A stretch of 64,000 bases of DNA from Candidatus Thorarchaeota archaeon (GTDB taxonomy: Archaea > Asgardarchaeota > Thorarchaeia > Thorarchaeales > Thorarchaeaceae): NCBI GenBank assembly GCA_019057475.1, contig DXJO01000004.1, positions 1 through 64,000 of the forward strand, given 5' to 3'. The position numbers were made by a program, and so were the translations under genes. Shown piece after piece: positions 39,605-49,473 of the stretch (positions are counted from its first letter, which is position 1; every line of letters begins with the position of its first letter). Below the pieces are notes generated by a model. That model did not search any database, was not told the DNA's origin, and worked only from the letters and a program-made list of their open reading frames with translations.

Positions 39605-39831
39605 TTCAATATAGTTATTTTTTGAACGCTCTTCAAACGAGCGCCTTGGTTAAAAGGTCTGCTATCGGTCTCAAGTAGAATGCTTCCAACATTGGATGGC
39701 ACACCGCATTGTTATACATGCATTGGCCGGATGCGTCATTGTCTTGGAACACGTGTTCCAACAATTGCGCCGTGAAAACACGTACGCGCAAATGGATCGA
39801 TCAGTTCGATTCTATTCTCTTTCAGCATAGG

Positions 39832-40284
39832 TCAAGCTTCAGGCTCGGACTCCGACTGTTCTTCTTGGACGGGAGCCGCCTCACTGCTTGTTTCGGGAGG
39901 TATCAGCTCATCTACCAGTTCAACTACTGACCTTCCAAGCAAGCCGCCGAAGCCACCAAGAAGTGCACCAAGAATGACGCTGATCACGATGACGAGCCAA
40001 CCCAGTCCCGAAAGCCCCAGCAGACCAATGAAGAACTCCGCTATCGCCATTGTCTGCGCCGTCAACGATAGGTATACGAAGATAGCAGACCACGCGATTG
40101 CCACGCCGATGAAACCAGCGAAGAATGCTGTCCGATGTCTTCTTGCAAGCAATGCGCCCAGTGCACCGGCAATGAGCATTGTCACCCATGCTCCGCTCAA
40201 CTGCAGTGCGATGGCAATCACTGTTACAACGAGAATCAGTTTCAGGAAGTTGAAATGTGGGAACATATCATCGAGCTTTTTCAT
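39832..40284 (-). CDS. Membrane protein with Gly-rich helices
   Basis: About 4 TM segments, LGALLGGFGGLLG; GGAGGAG RBS; 11 bp after the acylase gene. Confidence 0.7.
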   Translation of the reverse strand: MKKLDDMFPHFNFLKLILVVTVIAIALQLSGAWVTMLIAGALGALLARRHRTAFFAGFIGVAIAWSAIFVYLSLTAQTMAIAEFFIGLLGLSGLGWLVIVISVILGALLGGFGGLLGRSVVELVDELIPPETSSEAAPVQEEQSESEPEA

Positions 40285-40295
40285 GCAATCTCCTC

Positions 40296-42893
40296 CTATG
40301 GTACAAACGTAATCATTCTCTCTACAAAGTGTTCACTGAGGTCAGCATCGCCAATCAACGTGAGAGTCGGATAGAAGCGCATCAGATGATATCCATACTG
40401 TTCTGTTTCCTCATCGTAGGCGTACCAGAGGTCGAAGATGTCATCCCAATGCTGGCTAAACATGTTGCCACTCTGGCCGCCGGTGTATACCCCGACTGCA
40501 TGCTCGATGTCGCCCATGTCTATGACCATCCGCCATGATGGTCCATGGGTTACTCTCCACTGCCCAGACTCATCATCCCACGAGCTCACTGCTCGATTGA
40601 GTGTGTTCCAACCGCGATGGGGGCCTCCACCTATCACTGTGAGGCTGGCTAAATGGTTAAAGTAGGTGACGTGGAAATTGCCGTAGTACCAATCCGTCAT
40701 ATTGCTCCCAAGCTTTAAGATCATCTCGTCCAGAGCGCGAAATAATGCGCGTGCGAGAATCTCATCACGGGTTTCCACGTCGCCGGTGGAGTGGTCATCC
40801 AAGTAGTAATTCTCATTTTCTCTGATTACTCTCTCCAGCACGGGGGTGGATGGCGTCCGCAAGTTGGCGTCAAGCGTTACACGTAGCTCGTCGAAAATCT
40901 CGTACTTTAATGCGTCAACAAGGAACCTCCATAGCGTAGGCGCCTGAATGTCTGTTTCCATCGAAAAGTCCCAATCAGACAACCAATCAACCGCAAGCTG
41001 AACAGTGGCATTGCCGTCCCCGGCCGCGTTCCATGCATCGATGACGTAAGGCACAATCCATTGAGCTGAAACATCCACAGAGTCGGCCTGCCATCTTTTC
41101 ATATCATCCATTGAAACGCTAGAGCTAGTGTTCAGTAGGTAGTTGATCCGACGTCCTCTGTATCCTGTGGCGTACGGCCCAATCACATCCCACCCGTAGG
41201 TTTCGGGATCGTAACTCCTCTGGTTCGCAGACTGCAGGTATCCCTGTGCCGGGTCAACTGACCTCGGTATGTAGGCATACGGGATGTTGGAGAGCATACC
41301 CACAGAGTCATTCAGTGCTTGAATTGGGAGGTCTCCTAGGTAGCCAGTTCTCAATGGATACCGACCTGCTGCTGTTATAGCGATGTGTCCTTCATCATCA
41401 GCATAGATGAAGTTGTGTGGCGGCGAGTCCCACCAGTACAGGGCGTCGTAGTAATCCTCTATGTTCTTAGCTTTGTTGAGAAGCGAGAGGGCCAGTAGCT
41501 CGTGAGTGATATCCAATCCAGTCCAGTTCATCGCAATGTTGGGCGTCTGAGTGCTGTCAAGATTGTATGTCCCCATCACCGAATCGATGCAAGGTCCATG
41601 TACCGAACACTTCACGTCAAAGGCGATGTCTCCCGCATCTTTCGTGTGAATCGTTTCATCGACAACCTCGAATGCACGCCATGCACCATTGTACCAGTAC
41701 TGGGAATCGTTGTCGGGGTTCACTTGCTCAACGAAGAAGTCCATGACATCATAGGCAGCCGACGTCATACCCCAAGCAATGTGGTCGCCGTGGCCAAGCA
41801 CGAATCCTGGAGTGCCTGGGAATGAGACCCCCATGACATCTATTCCTGGGGCCACAATGTGTGCTTCATACCACAGGGACGGTGCTTGGAGTGGCAGATG
41901 AGGATCATTGGCAAGGATCGAAGAACCCGTTTCTGAGAGGGAACCGCTCACTGCCCAACTGTTGCTGCCCATCGCTTCTCTTAGTTCGACGGGCAAAATG
42001 ACATCATCAATGATACTCAGCAAAGTCTTCAGCTTGTCAGCTGGTATCAAATCCTCAGATAGACTTGCTAGGTTTGCAGTAGGCGGAGGCGTTGGATCAG
42101 CTGGAAAGCCTCCGGCTGAGTTAGGATACTCGGCCAGACTGAGATTGTGCTGCTCTGGCATTATCGGCACGTTGTAAGGCATCAAGTCAGGAAAGAGATC
42201 ATTGTACATCGTGTCGTTAGCCATAGTGGTTCTGGCATATTCTCTATAGAGATCGTCAGCCCCTGACGCAAGACTCCAGCTCATCATCTTGGTCCAGATG
42301 AATACATCTACCGGTCTCCAATGTTGAGGCGTGAATCCCAATATCTTGAACTCAATTGGTGTCGTGGAGCTCGTCATTGAATCAATGAACGCGTTCACTC
42401 CTGCTACTTCCGCGTCTAAGATATCGAGGACGTAAGCAACATCTTCGTTCGTGTTTCTATTCTTAAGATACCATTGGTATGTTTCTTCAGCACCTCTTGC
42501 GAGACCGATTGCACGGTAGTATTTGTCCGAGCTGACTGCGTAGGACCCGACAATCTCGCAGATTCTACCTGCAGCCAAGTAGTTCTGCATCACCATCTGG
42601 AAAAGGCGTTCCTTGGCGTGAAGATAGCCAAGCGCCATGTAGGCGTCTGTCACCGCGTCAGCGTAGATGTGTGGGATACCCCACTCGTCAAAAAAGACTT
42701 CTACGTTAGCATCTAGACCTGGAAGATTGATTGTCTGTAAGGCGGGCTCTGGATACCCAACATCGAATATCCCGCCAGTTGGGGCGATTATTCCAAGGCC
42801 GCCAGAGAGCGGACCGATTGGCATTGTCAGCATAACAACCAGTGCAATGGGCCCTACCAAGGAGAGGCCCAGATTCAGAATCTTTCTCTTCAT
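40296..42893 (-). CDS. Penicillin acylase family (S45 Ntn hydrolase), membrane anchored
   Basis: DEWGIPHIYA, HAKERLFQM, GSNSWAV nucleophile, ANDPHL, SANQR and GQSG. Confidence 0.95.
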   Translation of the reverse strand: MKRKILNLGLSLVGPIALVVMLTMPIGPLSGGLGIIAPTGGIFDVGYPEPALQTINLPGLDANVEVFFDEWGIPHIYADAVTDAYMALGYLHAKERLFQMVMQNYLAAGRICEIVGSYAVSSDKYYRAIGLARGAEETYQWYLKNRNTNEDVAYVLDILDAEVAGVNAFIDSMTSSTTPIEFKILGFTPQHWRPVDVFIWTKMMSWSLASGADDLYREYARTTMANDTMYNDLFPDLMPYNVPIMPEQHNLSLAEYPNSAGGFPADPTPPPTANLASLSEDLIPADKLKTLLSIIDDVILPVELREAMGSNSWAVSGSLSETGSSILANDPHLPLQAPSLWYEAHIVAPGIDVMGVSFPGTPGFVLGHGDHIAWGMTSAAYDVMDFFVEQVNPDNDSQYWYNGAWRAFEVVDETIHTKDAGDIAFDVKCSVHGPCIDSVMGTYNLDSTQTPNIAMNWTGLDITHELLALSLLNKAKNIEDYYDALYWWDSPPHNFIYADDEGHIAITAAGRYPLRTGYLGDLPIQALNDSVGMLSNIPYAYIPRSVDPAQGYLQSANQRSYDPETYGWDVIGPYATGYRGRRINYLLNTSSSVSMDDMKRWQADSVDVSAQWIVPYVIDAWNAAGDGNATVQLAVDWLSDWDFSMETDIQAPTLWRFLVDALKYEIFDELRVTLDANLRTPSTPVLERVIRENENYYLDDHSTGDVETRDEILARALFRALDEMILKLGSNMTDWYYGNFHVTYFNHLASLTVIGGGPHRGWNTLNRAVSSWDDESGQWRVTHGPSWRMVIDMGDIEHAVGVYTGGQSGNMFSQHWDDIFDLWYAYDEETEQYGYHLMRFYPTLTLIGDADLSEHFVERMITFVP

Positions 42894-43026
42894 ATCTCAT
42901 CAGCGCCCGGAGTGCGATTCCACACAGTTACTCTTCCCTCCCTTTAAGCATTAGGTGCAAGCCGAATTGTCAGGTTGGCAAGCTTTTTCTGTGAGATGAG
43001 ACGCGATGTGGAGGTAGTGAGCGACA

Positions 43027-44073
43027 ATGGTAAAGACGGAAACATTTCGCGGTAGAGATTTCATAACACTCCTTGATTATACTAAAGAGGAGGTCGAGAC
43101 AATTCTTGACGTTGCCATAGACCTCAAGAAGAAGTTTGCAATAGGAGAGCCTCACAAGCTGCTTGATGCTAAGACGCTCTTCATGATATTTTACAACCAG
43201 TCCTTAAGGACGCGTAATTCGTTCGAGGCTGGAATGACTCAGTTAGGTGGTCATGCGCATTTTCTGGACCCGAGTAAGATATATGCTCCCGCTCTGGAGG
43301 GCGATGAGGTAGCTTATGCAACTGAGAGAGTGTCCGACGTTGCACGAGTTCTGGCCCGAATGGGGCATGGAATAGCTATTCGGTGCTACGGAGACCCAGT
43401 AGGATGGCAGTACGGCCGAGCAAATGAGATCATCAATAACTTCGCGCACTGGTCACACATTCCCATAATCAACATGGAGGATGACAAGTATCATCCATGT
43501 CAAGGATTAGCTGACGTGATGACGGTGAAGGAAAAGTTCGGGACCTTCAAGGATGTCAAATTCGTCATGAGCTGGGCGTATTCTCCCTCAGTTCACAAAC
43601 CCCTGGCCGTGCCGCAGAGCGCAGTGATTGCTGCGAGCAAAATGGGTTGTGAAACCGTCCTTGCACATCCAAAGGGATTGGAGCTGGATGATGAGGTCAT
43701 CAAACAGTGCAAGGTATACGCAGAAGAGAACAACGCCAGCTTCGAGATCATGAATGACATGGAGGAAGCGTTTGAGGGAGCACATGTCGTCTACCCGAAG
43801 GCATGGACCTGTAGGGACTTCATGCCACCTTGGAACGACAAACCTGAGCTCGAGAAGTCACAGGAATTATTTGACAAGAACAAGCACTGGATATGCGATG
43901 ATGATAAGATGAAGATTGCTGGTCCTAGGGCGTACTACATGCACTGCTTGCCTTGTGACCGCGGTTTCGAGGTTTCCAACAGTGTTATTGATGGGCCTCA
44001 GTCTATTGCATTCGACCAGGCCGAGAACAGACTACATGGCCAGAAGGCAGTCATGGCATTGACCATGCGTTAG
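43027..44073 (+). CDS. Transcarbamylase, AOTCase/YgeW-like
   Basis: SLRT, HPCQGLAD, WAYSP..KP, YPKAW, HCLP and QAENR; lacks the OTCase SMG motif. Confidence 0.85.
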   Translation: MVKTETFRGRDFITLLDYTKEEVETILDVAIDLKKKFAIGEPHKLLDAKTLFMIFYNQSLRTRNSFEAGMTQLGGHAHFLDPSKIYAPALEGDEVAYATERVSDVARVLARMGHGIAIRCYGDPVGWQYGRANEIINNFAHWSHIPIINMEDDKYHPCQGLADVMTVKEKFGTFKDVKFVMSWAYSPSVHKPLAVPQSAVIAASKMGCETVLAHPKGLELDDEVIKQCKVYAEENNASFEIMNDMEEAFEGAHVVYPKAWTCRDFMPPWNDKPELEKSQELFDKNKHWICDDDKMKIAGPRAYYMHCLPCDRGFEVSNSVIDGPQSIAFDQAENRLHGQKAVMALTMR

Positions 44074-44127
44074 TGACTAGCTCCTCGGCTATCAGGGGTC
44101 CATGTTGGAAACAGTCAAGGATTCAGC

Positions 44128-45216
44128 ATGGCCCCTCCGATAGACCTTAAAACAGCCCTCTCTGTTGCAGAGATTGTGAACAAGATGAACAGTTTCTACG
44201 GACGCGACCTACTATGCACGCAAGATTGGAGCATTGACGAACTCGAGAAGACACTCGACCTGTCATTTGAGTTCAAGGCTAATCGTTTTGACCATGCACT
44301 GAACAACTGTCTTGACCGCCGGACATTTTTCATGTTCTTCTACAATCCAAGTGTCCGCACCAGGCAGTCGTTCGAAGCAGCAGCGACGGAGCTTGGCGGC
44401 CACGCTCAGTTCCTTGAGCCAAAGAGCATGCGACTTAAGTCCGCCAAATCCGCAGGAGAAACCATTGAGGATGCAGCCAATGTCATGAGTAGATACGCTT
44501 GTGGAATAGGAATCAGAATCTTAGAAACCGCCCTTGAATACTACGGCCAGGGTCATGAGATGCTTCAGGAGTACGCTAAGTATGCAAGTATCCCAATCGT
44601 ATCAATGGCGCACGATCGCTTCCACCCCTGCCAAGGGTTGGCTGATGTGATGGGCATGAGGATGCATGCCGGCAAGAACCTGAAGGGGAAGAAGATTCTG
44701 CAGGTTTGGGGCAAGGGAGCGCTTGTGCGTTCATGGTGTTCCGTGCAGGAAAGCATCTTGATCAATAGTCGGCTAGGCATGGATGTCACACTCGCACATC
44801 CTGAGGGATATGACCTTGATCCAGAGGTCATCAAATGGTGCGAGGAGAACGCTGCAGCTTCCGGTGGCAACTTTGAGGTTGTTCATGATATCGAGGAGGG
44901 CTACAAAGGAGCGGACTTTGTCTACTCACGCAACTGGATGACATCCGGTTTCTACGGAATAACCCAGAGCAAGGGAGCTGATGCTGCCAAGAAGAAGGAG
45001 ATTGAGCTTGCATCCAAGCACGACGAGTGGATCACGACCAGTGACTGGATGTCCAAGACAAATGATGCGTTCTTTACACACTGCGGACCAGTCGATAGGA
45101 ATGCAGAGGTAACCGATGAGGTCTGTGATGGTCCGAAGTCCATAGTGTACGATGTTGCCGAGAACCGACTGCACGTTCAGAAGGCGATTATGGCCCTAAC
45201 AATGGCGAAGCTGTAA
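44128..45216 (+). CDS. Transcarbamylase paralog (divergent)
   Basis: SVRT, HPCQGLAD, YSRNW, HCGP and AENRLH. Confidence 0.85.
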   Translation: MAPPIDLKTALSVAEIVNKMNSFYGRDLLCTQDWSIDELEKTLDLSFEFKANRFDHALNNCLDRRTFFMFFYNPSVRTRQSFEAAATELGGHAQFLEPKSMRLKSAKSAGETIEDAANVMSRYACGIGIRILETALEYYGQGHEMLQEYAKYASIPIVSMAHDRFHPCQGLADVMGMRMHAGKNLKGKKILQVWGKGALVRSWCSVQESILINSRLGMDVTLAHPEGYDLDPEVIKWCEENAAASGGNFEVVHDIEEGYKGADFVYSRNWMTSGFYGITQSKGADAAKKKEIELASKHDEWITTSDWMSKTNDAFFTHCGPVDRNAEVTDEVCDGPKSIVYDVAENRLHVQKAIMALTMAKL

Positions 45217-45225
45217 GCGACTAAT

Positions 45226-46116
45226 TTACCACGCACCCTCGGTTTCATCGAATGCTCGCATCAGGAACATAATGCTGACTGCCATCAGTATGAGAATGAT
45301 GATGAATGCGCCTATAAACGTGCCAGCAGTCAGGGGATTCCCCCATGGAGTAGTACGACTAAATAAGTCACTCCAGTACAATCCCCCTGTTGCCCTAGCA
45401 AACTCGGTCAGGATGAAGGGGACACTGACGAATGTTGCAATCGCGAGCATTATGTAACCTGCGCGTTTGAGCCAAACTTGTTTCGCAGTTTTTGTTTCCA
45501 TTGTTTTTTCCTCTATTCTCTCATCATTCAACGGCGCAACATCCTTGTTTTTCTTTGGGTCTGTCCCTCTTGTAATCAGATGGTCATGCACTCGGTTGTA
45601 CTTGTGTCTACAATAACTCTTGAATCCTTTGATAGATATGTCCCTATCCCGTGCCAATAGCTTCTCGGAAAAGAAGTAAGACACTAGGGCGACCAGTGCC
45701 CCCCAGAAAACCGGTTCTGGATTACCATAGAACAAGGTCACGTTATAGAGGGCTGCTCCAACTCTCAGACCCACAAGTCCCGAGAGCCAACTGGTATGGT
45801 TCTCGAAAATACTCCTTCTGGTATGGAGGTAATAAGATCCTGCAATCATTGCAAACAGGACGAAAGAAGCGATGTCCGCTACAATCCATATAACCCCCCA
45901 GTAGGTCGTCAGTGCAAAACGTACAATGGGGTTGTACTCGTAATCGGCACCATGCGCCTGGAACAAGAGGACGGTGTAAACCGCGTCAATCAACCCAATG
46001 GGCGAAATTGCCAATACAAGCCCTCGAACCCACTTCTCCTGCCACCAGAGAGAGAACATCTGACGAGAACTCATCGTAGATAGCGTGGGCTTTTGTCGCT
46101 TGACACCCATCGACAC
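45226..46116 (-). CDS. Membrane protein (DUF5658-like N-terminus)
   Basis: DAVYT..EYNPIV motif; about 6 TM segments. Confidence 0.6.
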   Translation of the reverse strand: MSMGVKRQKPTLSTMSSRQMFSLWWQEKWVRGLVLAISPIGLIDAVYTVLLFQAHGADYEYNPIVRFALTTYWGVIWIVADIASFVLFAMIAGSYYLHTRRSIFENHTSWLSGLVGLRVGAALYNVTLFYGNPEPVFWGALVALVSYFFSEKLLARDRDISIKGFKSYCRHKYNRVHDHLITRGTDPKKNKDVAPLNDERIEEKTMETKTAKQVWLKRAGYIMLAIATFVSVPFILTEFARATGGLYWSDLFSRTTPWGNPLTAGTFIGAFIIILILMAVSIMFLMRAFDETEGAW

Positions 46117-46204
46117 GTTTCACCAAGCGCAATGTCTGCGGGTATTGTCTTTAAGTTCTACTAATTGCGCTATGTTCGACCTTTCTACTGCAGGTCTTAG
46201 AATG

Positions 46205-46245
46205 AAAAAAGAGAGGGGCGCAGAGAGTCAGACTCTCTGCGTTCT
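46205..46245 (-). terminator. Hairpin plus poly-T after oppA
   Basis: Perfect CGCAGAGAGT/ACTCTCTGCG stem followed by TTTTTT on the minus strand. Confidence 0.7.
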
Positions 46246-46266
46246 AACTTGTATACCCTTTGGCTT

Positions 46267-48135
46267 CTACCCAGTTATATGGACGTGGTAGAAGTAGCAC
46301 TGGTGCATCGGGTTGCACGCATACTGGGCGTTGTACACATTGTGGCGAACGACGAGAAGGCTAGTTGCCTGATAGACCCAGATGTATCCAGCATGCTCAA
46401 TGATTGCATCTTGGACTAGGCCGTAGAGACGCTCTCGCTCCGCGATATCCGTTTCAACCGCAGCATCGTCAATCCAACCGTCGACTTGCGCTGCATTCCA
46501 GCCCGCTGACTCACCCAATCGTGCCCAGTACCCGTATGTACCAGTACTCTTCACGTATGGGGAAGCGTAGTTGTCTGGATCAGCGTAATCTGGAGCCCAG
46601 CCAATCATCCAACAACCCACTGTGCCATCAATGGCCGCACCGATGTAGCTTGACCATTCCATTCCCACAACGTCAATTGTGAGGGTCTCAGTGGGTTGAA
46701 TGGCACCATCCACTTCCAGCATGGCCATAATGCCATCCTTCAGAAGCAGCTGGCACTTCCGGCGAACCTCGTTACCAGTGTTGTAGTACAACACAAGGTG
46801 ATACGAGTTGTTGTTCAGAATAGCCTGAAAGCCGTCATCGTTCATCGCAGCATTCCAAGAATCCTTGGCCTTTTCAAGGTCATATGGATACTGGTACGCA
46901 GAGTAGTTGTGGGCAAACATCCCCTGCGGGATTGGTCCCTGTCCTTGGACACCAAAGCCGTTGATAACAGTGTCAATGGCAGTCTGGTAGTCGAACGCGT
47001 AGCTGAAGCACTGCCTGACGTTCTTGAGCCGGTATGGATTCTCGATAGTCTTACCTAGCGTGGCTTCGTTTATAATGTCGGACATCGTGAAGTGGATGTC
47101 TGCTATGCTGAAGGTTGGGTATTTCGCCCATATCTTGATGGCGGGATTAAGACTTTGATATGTCCCAGTGTTGGCCGCAAAAACAGGGGGCGACACGTTG
47201 TTGTAGAGTTCGTAAGCATGAGTCGCCGGCAAGTAAATGCCCAGCGAATCTCCAGTCAGGATGTTCTCAAGTCTGCTGGTGACTTCCTCATTTGTCTTGA
47301 TGATGACCGTGTCAATCGTACCTGCGTATGGGAACAAGGTCTTGGCATCATCTGCTCGCCAGTAGTCTTCGTACCTCCGCAAGACGACTCTCTCGTCCAT
47401 CACCCATTCTGTCATCATGTACGGTCCAGTGCCGCAAGTGTGCAAATCAATGTAGGTAGTGTGAGAACCGACGATAATACCCATGTGGGCTTCCACCCAT
47501 GTTGGGCTGATCATGGCGCCAACTTCATAGGTGATTGCAGCCAAGAATGGTGTGTAGGCATAGGCCAGCTTGATCACGATTTCGTATTCACTAGTCACAG
47601 TCAAAGCGCCAGTGCCTGCATCGTTTTGGGCTTTCCACGCAGTGTAGTTGCCTACGTGGTCCGCATGGGTACCTCCGAAGACAGCATCTTCAATTGCTTG
47701 ACCTCCGTAGATAGGCTCTGCAACCATCCATACAGGACCACTCGGGTCAAATGTTGCCAACATCCTCTCGAAGTTGTACTTGACACACGAAGCGTTGAAT
47801 GGTGTTCCATCATGGAATGTGACTCCTTCACGAAGGGTGAAGGTGTATTCCAACCCGTCGCTTGAGATGCTCAAGTCTGACGCCAGAAGTGGAACAACTG
47901 GGTCAGTTCTGAGACTATCCCATTCGTAGGTGTATAGTGTTTCATAGACGTTGTAGTGGACATGAGATCCGCGCGTTTCATAATTGGCGTGCGGGTCCAT
48001 ATACTTGGGATTGCCTATGGTTTCCGTGACTATTGTCTGGCCAGTAAGCACTGGTGGAGTCATCAAAATATATGCTCCAACAGACCCAACTATAACAACG
48101 ACCACTACAATCGCTATTAATTGATTTCGTTCCAA
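46267..48135 (-). CDS. oppA: Peptide/nickel ABC substrate-binding protein (family 5)
   Basis: N-terminal TM; YETL, LREGVTFHDG, GTGPY and GWAPDYADPD. Confidence 0.92.
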   Translation of the reverse strand: MERNQLIAIVVVVVIVGSVGAYILMTPPVLTGQTIVTETIGNPKYMDPHANYETRGSHVHYNVYETLYTYEWDSLRTDPVVPLLASDLSISSDGLEYTFTLREGVTFHDGTPFNASCVKYNFERMLATFDPSGPVWMVAEPIYGGQAIEDAVFGGTHADHVGNYTAWKAQNDAGTGALTVTSEYEIVIKLAYAYTPFLAAITYEVGAMISPTWVEAHMGIIVGSHTTYIDLHTCGTGPYMMTEWVMDERVVLRRYEDYWRADDAKTLFPYAGTIDTVIIKTNEEVTSRLENILTGDSLGIYLPATHAYELYNNVSPPVFAANTGTYQSLNPAIKIWAKYPTFSIADIHFTMSDIINEATLGKTIENPYRLKNVRQCFSYAFDYQTAIDTVINGFGVQGQGPIPQGMFAHNYSAYQYPYDLEKAKDSWNAAMNDDGFQAILNNNSYHLVLYYNTGNEVRRKCQLLLKDGIMAMLEVDGAIQPTETLTIDVVGMEWSSYIGAAIDGTVGCWMIGWAPDYADPDNYASPYVKSTGTYGYWARLGESAGWNAAQVDGWIDDAAVETDIAERERLYGLVQDAIIEHAGYIWVYQATSLLVVRHNVYNAQYACNPMHQCYFYHVHITG

Positions 48136-48434
48136 TGTTATCTTCCTCTAATATATTAGCGAATGCCATTAGCATCCTGCTTTCTGCACTCGTTCTTCGC
48201 ATGCGCGAATGAGTCTTGTTTACAGATGGTTCTAATATAGCTTGCGCCTTATCTGACATTAGAGAATGGGCCAGTCGTTTCAAGTTCCAAGTTGCCAGTA
48301 AACAAGAAATATCTAAGCGCTACTTCTGTTGCTTATCCCTAAATCCTTAAATACGGCCACAATTGAACACGCTCCAACGAGCCGAGTGAGAACGACCAGA
48401 CCTTGAGTTCAATACAACCTACGGAGGCATTCGG

Positions 48435-49469
48435 ATGAAGCTTAGGGATTTCATATTGAGAAGGTTAATTTTGGCAATACCAGTTGTGTTTGGGGTTATG
48501 ACGATGACATGGTTTCTATCGTATATCATTGGGAATCCTGTCGCAATGTATATCAACACAAACACCCCTGCTAGCGCCATTCCTGCCATAAGACGAGCAC
48601 ACGGCTTTGACGAGCCCCTTTATGTTCAATACTTCTTGTACCTATCTGGTTTATTCCAAGGAGACTGGGGAATCAGCACATCGACTTCCTTTAGGCCAGT
48701 CACTGAGATCATCCTACTGAAATTTCCGGCGACGATAGAGCTTTCCATGATTGCAATGATTTTCGCGATTGTCCTAGGCATCCCTCTTGGGATTCTCTCG
48801 GCCACACACAAGGACCAGAAAATCGATCATATCATGAGGATCTTTGCACTCGCAGGAGTTTCTATGCCTATCTTCTGGTTTGCGCTGATGTTGAAGCATG
48901 TCCTATATTTCCAGCTCGCTATCGCGGGGTTGCCCCATTTGCCTGGGGGTGAGAGATATACCCTCATCCGATATTTGAGCTTTAAATATACGACCGGGTT
49001 CCTCCTGATTGATTCCTTGTTTTTCTACGGCGACTTTACACTCTTCGTTGATGCTCTGTTGCATTTGGCGATGCCGGGATTCTGTCTTGGCTATCTCACA
49101 ATCGCAATCATAACAAGAATGATGCGCTCAAGTATGCTGGAGGTTCTGAGGGAAGATTACATCACATTAGCAAGATCAAAGGGCCTGACTGAGCGAGTTG
49201 TCATCTACAGGCATGCACTCAGGAATGCAATGATTCCGACCGTTACAGTCATCGGTCTGGCGTTTGGCAGTCTAATAACTGGCGCTGTGCTGACTGAAAC
49301 AATCTTTAACTGGCCTGGCCTGGGAAAGTGGGCTGTAAGAGCGATTTTTAGTTCCGATTTAGCTGCGATAAATGGATTCACGCTGTTGGTGGCTTTCATA
49401 TTCGTCACTGCGAACTTGGTCGTAGACCTGATCTATGGAGTGCTAGACCCAAGGATACGATTCGGATAG
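48435..49469 (+). CDS. oppB: Peptide ABC permease
   Basis: GDWG.S, FPATIEL, EDYITLARSKG, HALRNA and ETIFNWPG. Confidence 0.95.
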   Translation: MKLRDFILRRLILAIPVVFGVMTMTWFLSYIIGNPVAMYINTNTPASAIPAIRRAHGFDEPLYVQYFLYLSGLFQGDWGISTSTSFRPVTEIILLKFPATIELSMIAMIFAIVLGIPLGILSATHKDQKIDHIMRIFALAGVSMPIFWFALMLKHVLYFQLAIAGLPHLPGGERYTLIRYLSFKYTTGFLLIDSLFFYGDFTLFVDALLHLAMPGFCLGYLTIAIITRMMRSSMLEVLREDYITLARSKGLTERVVIYRHALRNAMIPTVTVIGLAFGSLITGAVLTETIFNWPGLGKWAVRAIFSSDLAAINGFTLLVAFIFVTANLVVDLIYGVLDPRIRFG

Positions 49470-49473
49470 GAGA

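Noticed and set aside
43027-45216. Naming the pair argF/arcB or pyrB
   Set aside because: They lack the OTCase SMG motif and the ATCase-specific motifs, so no symbol was assigned
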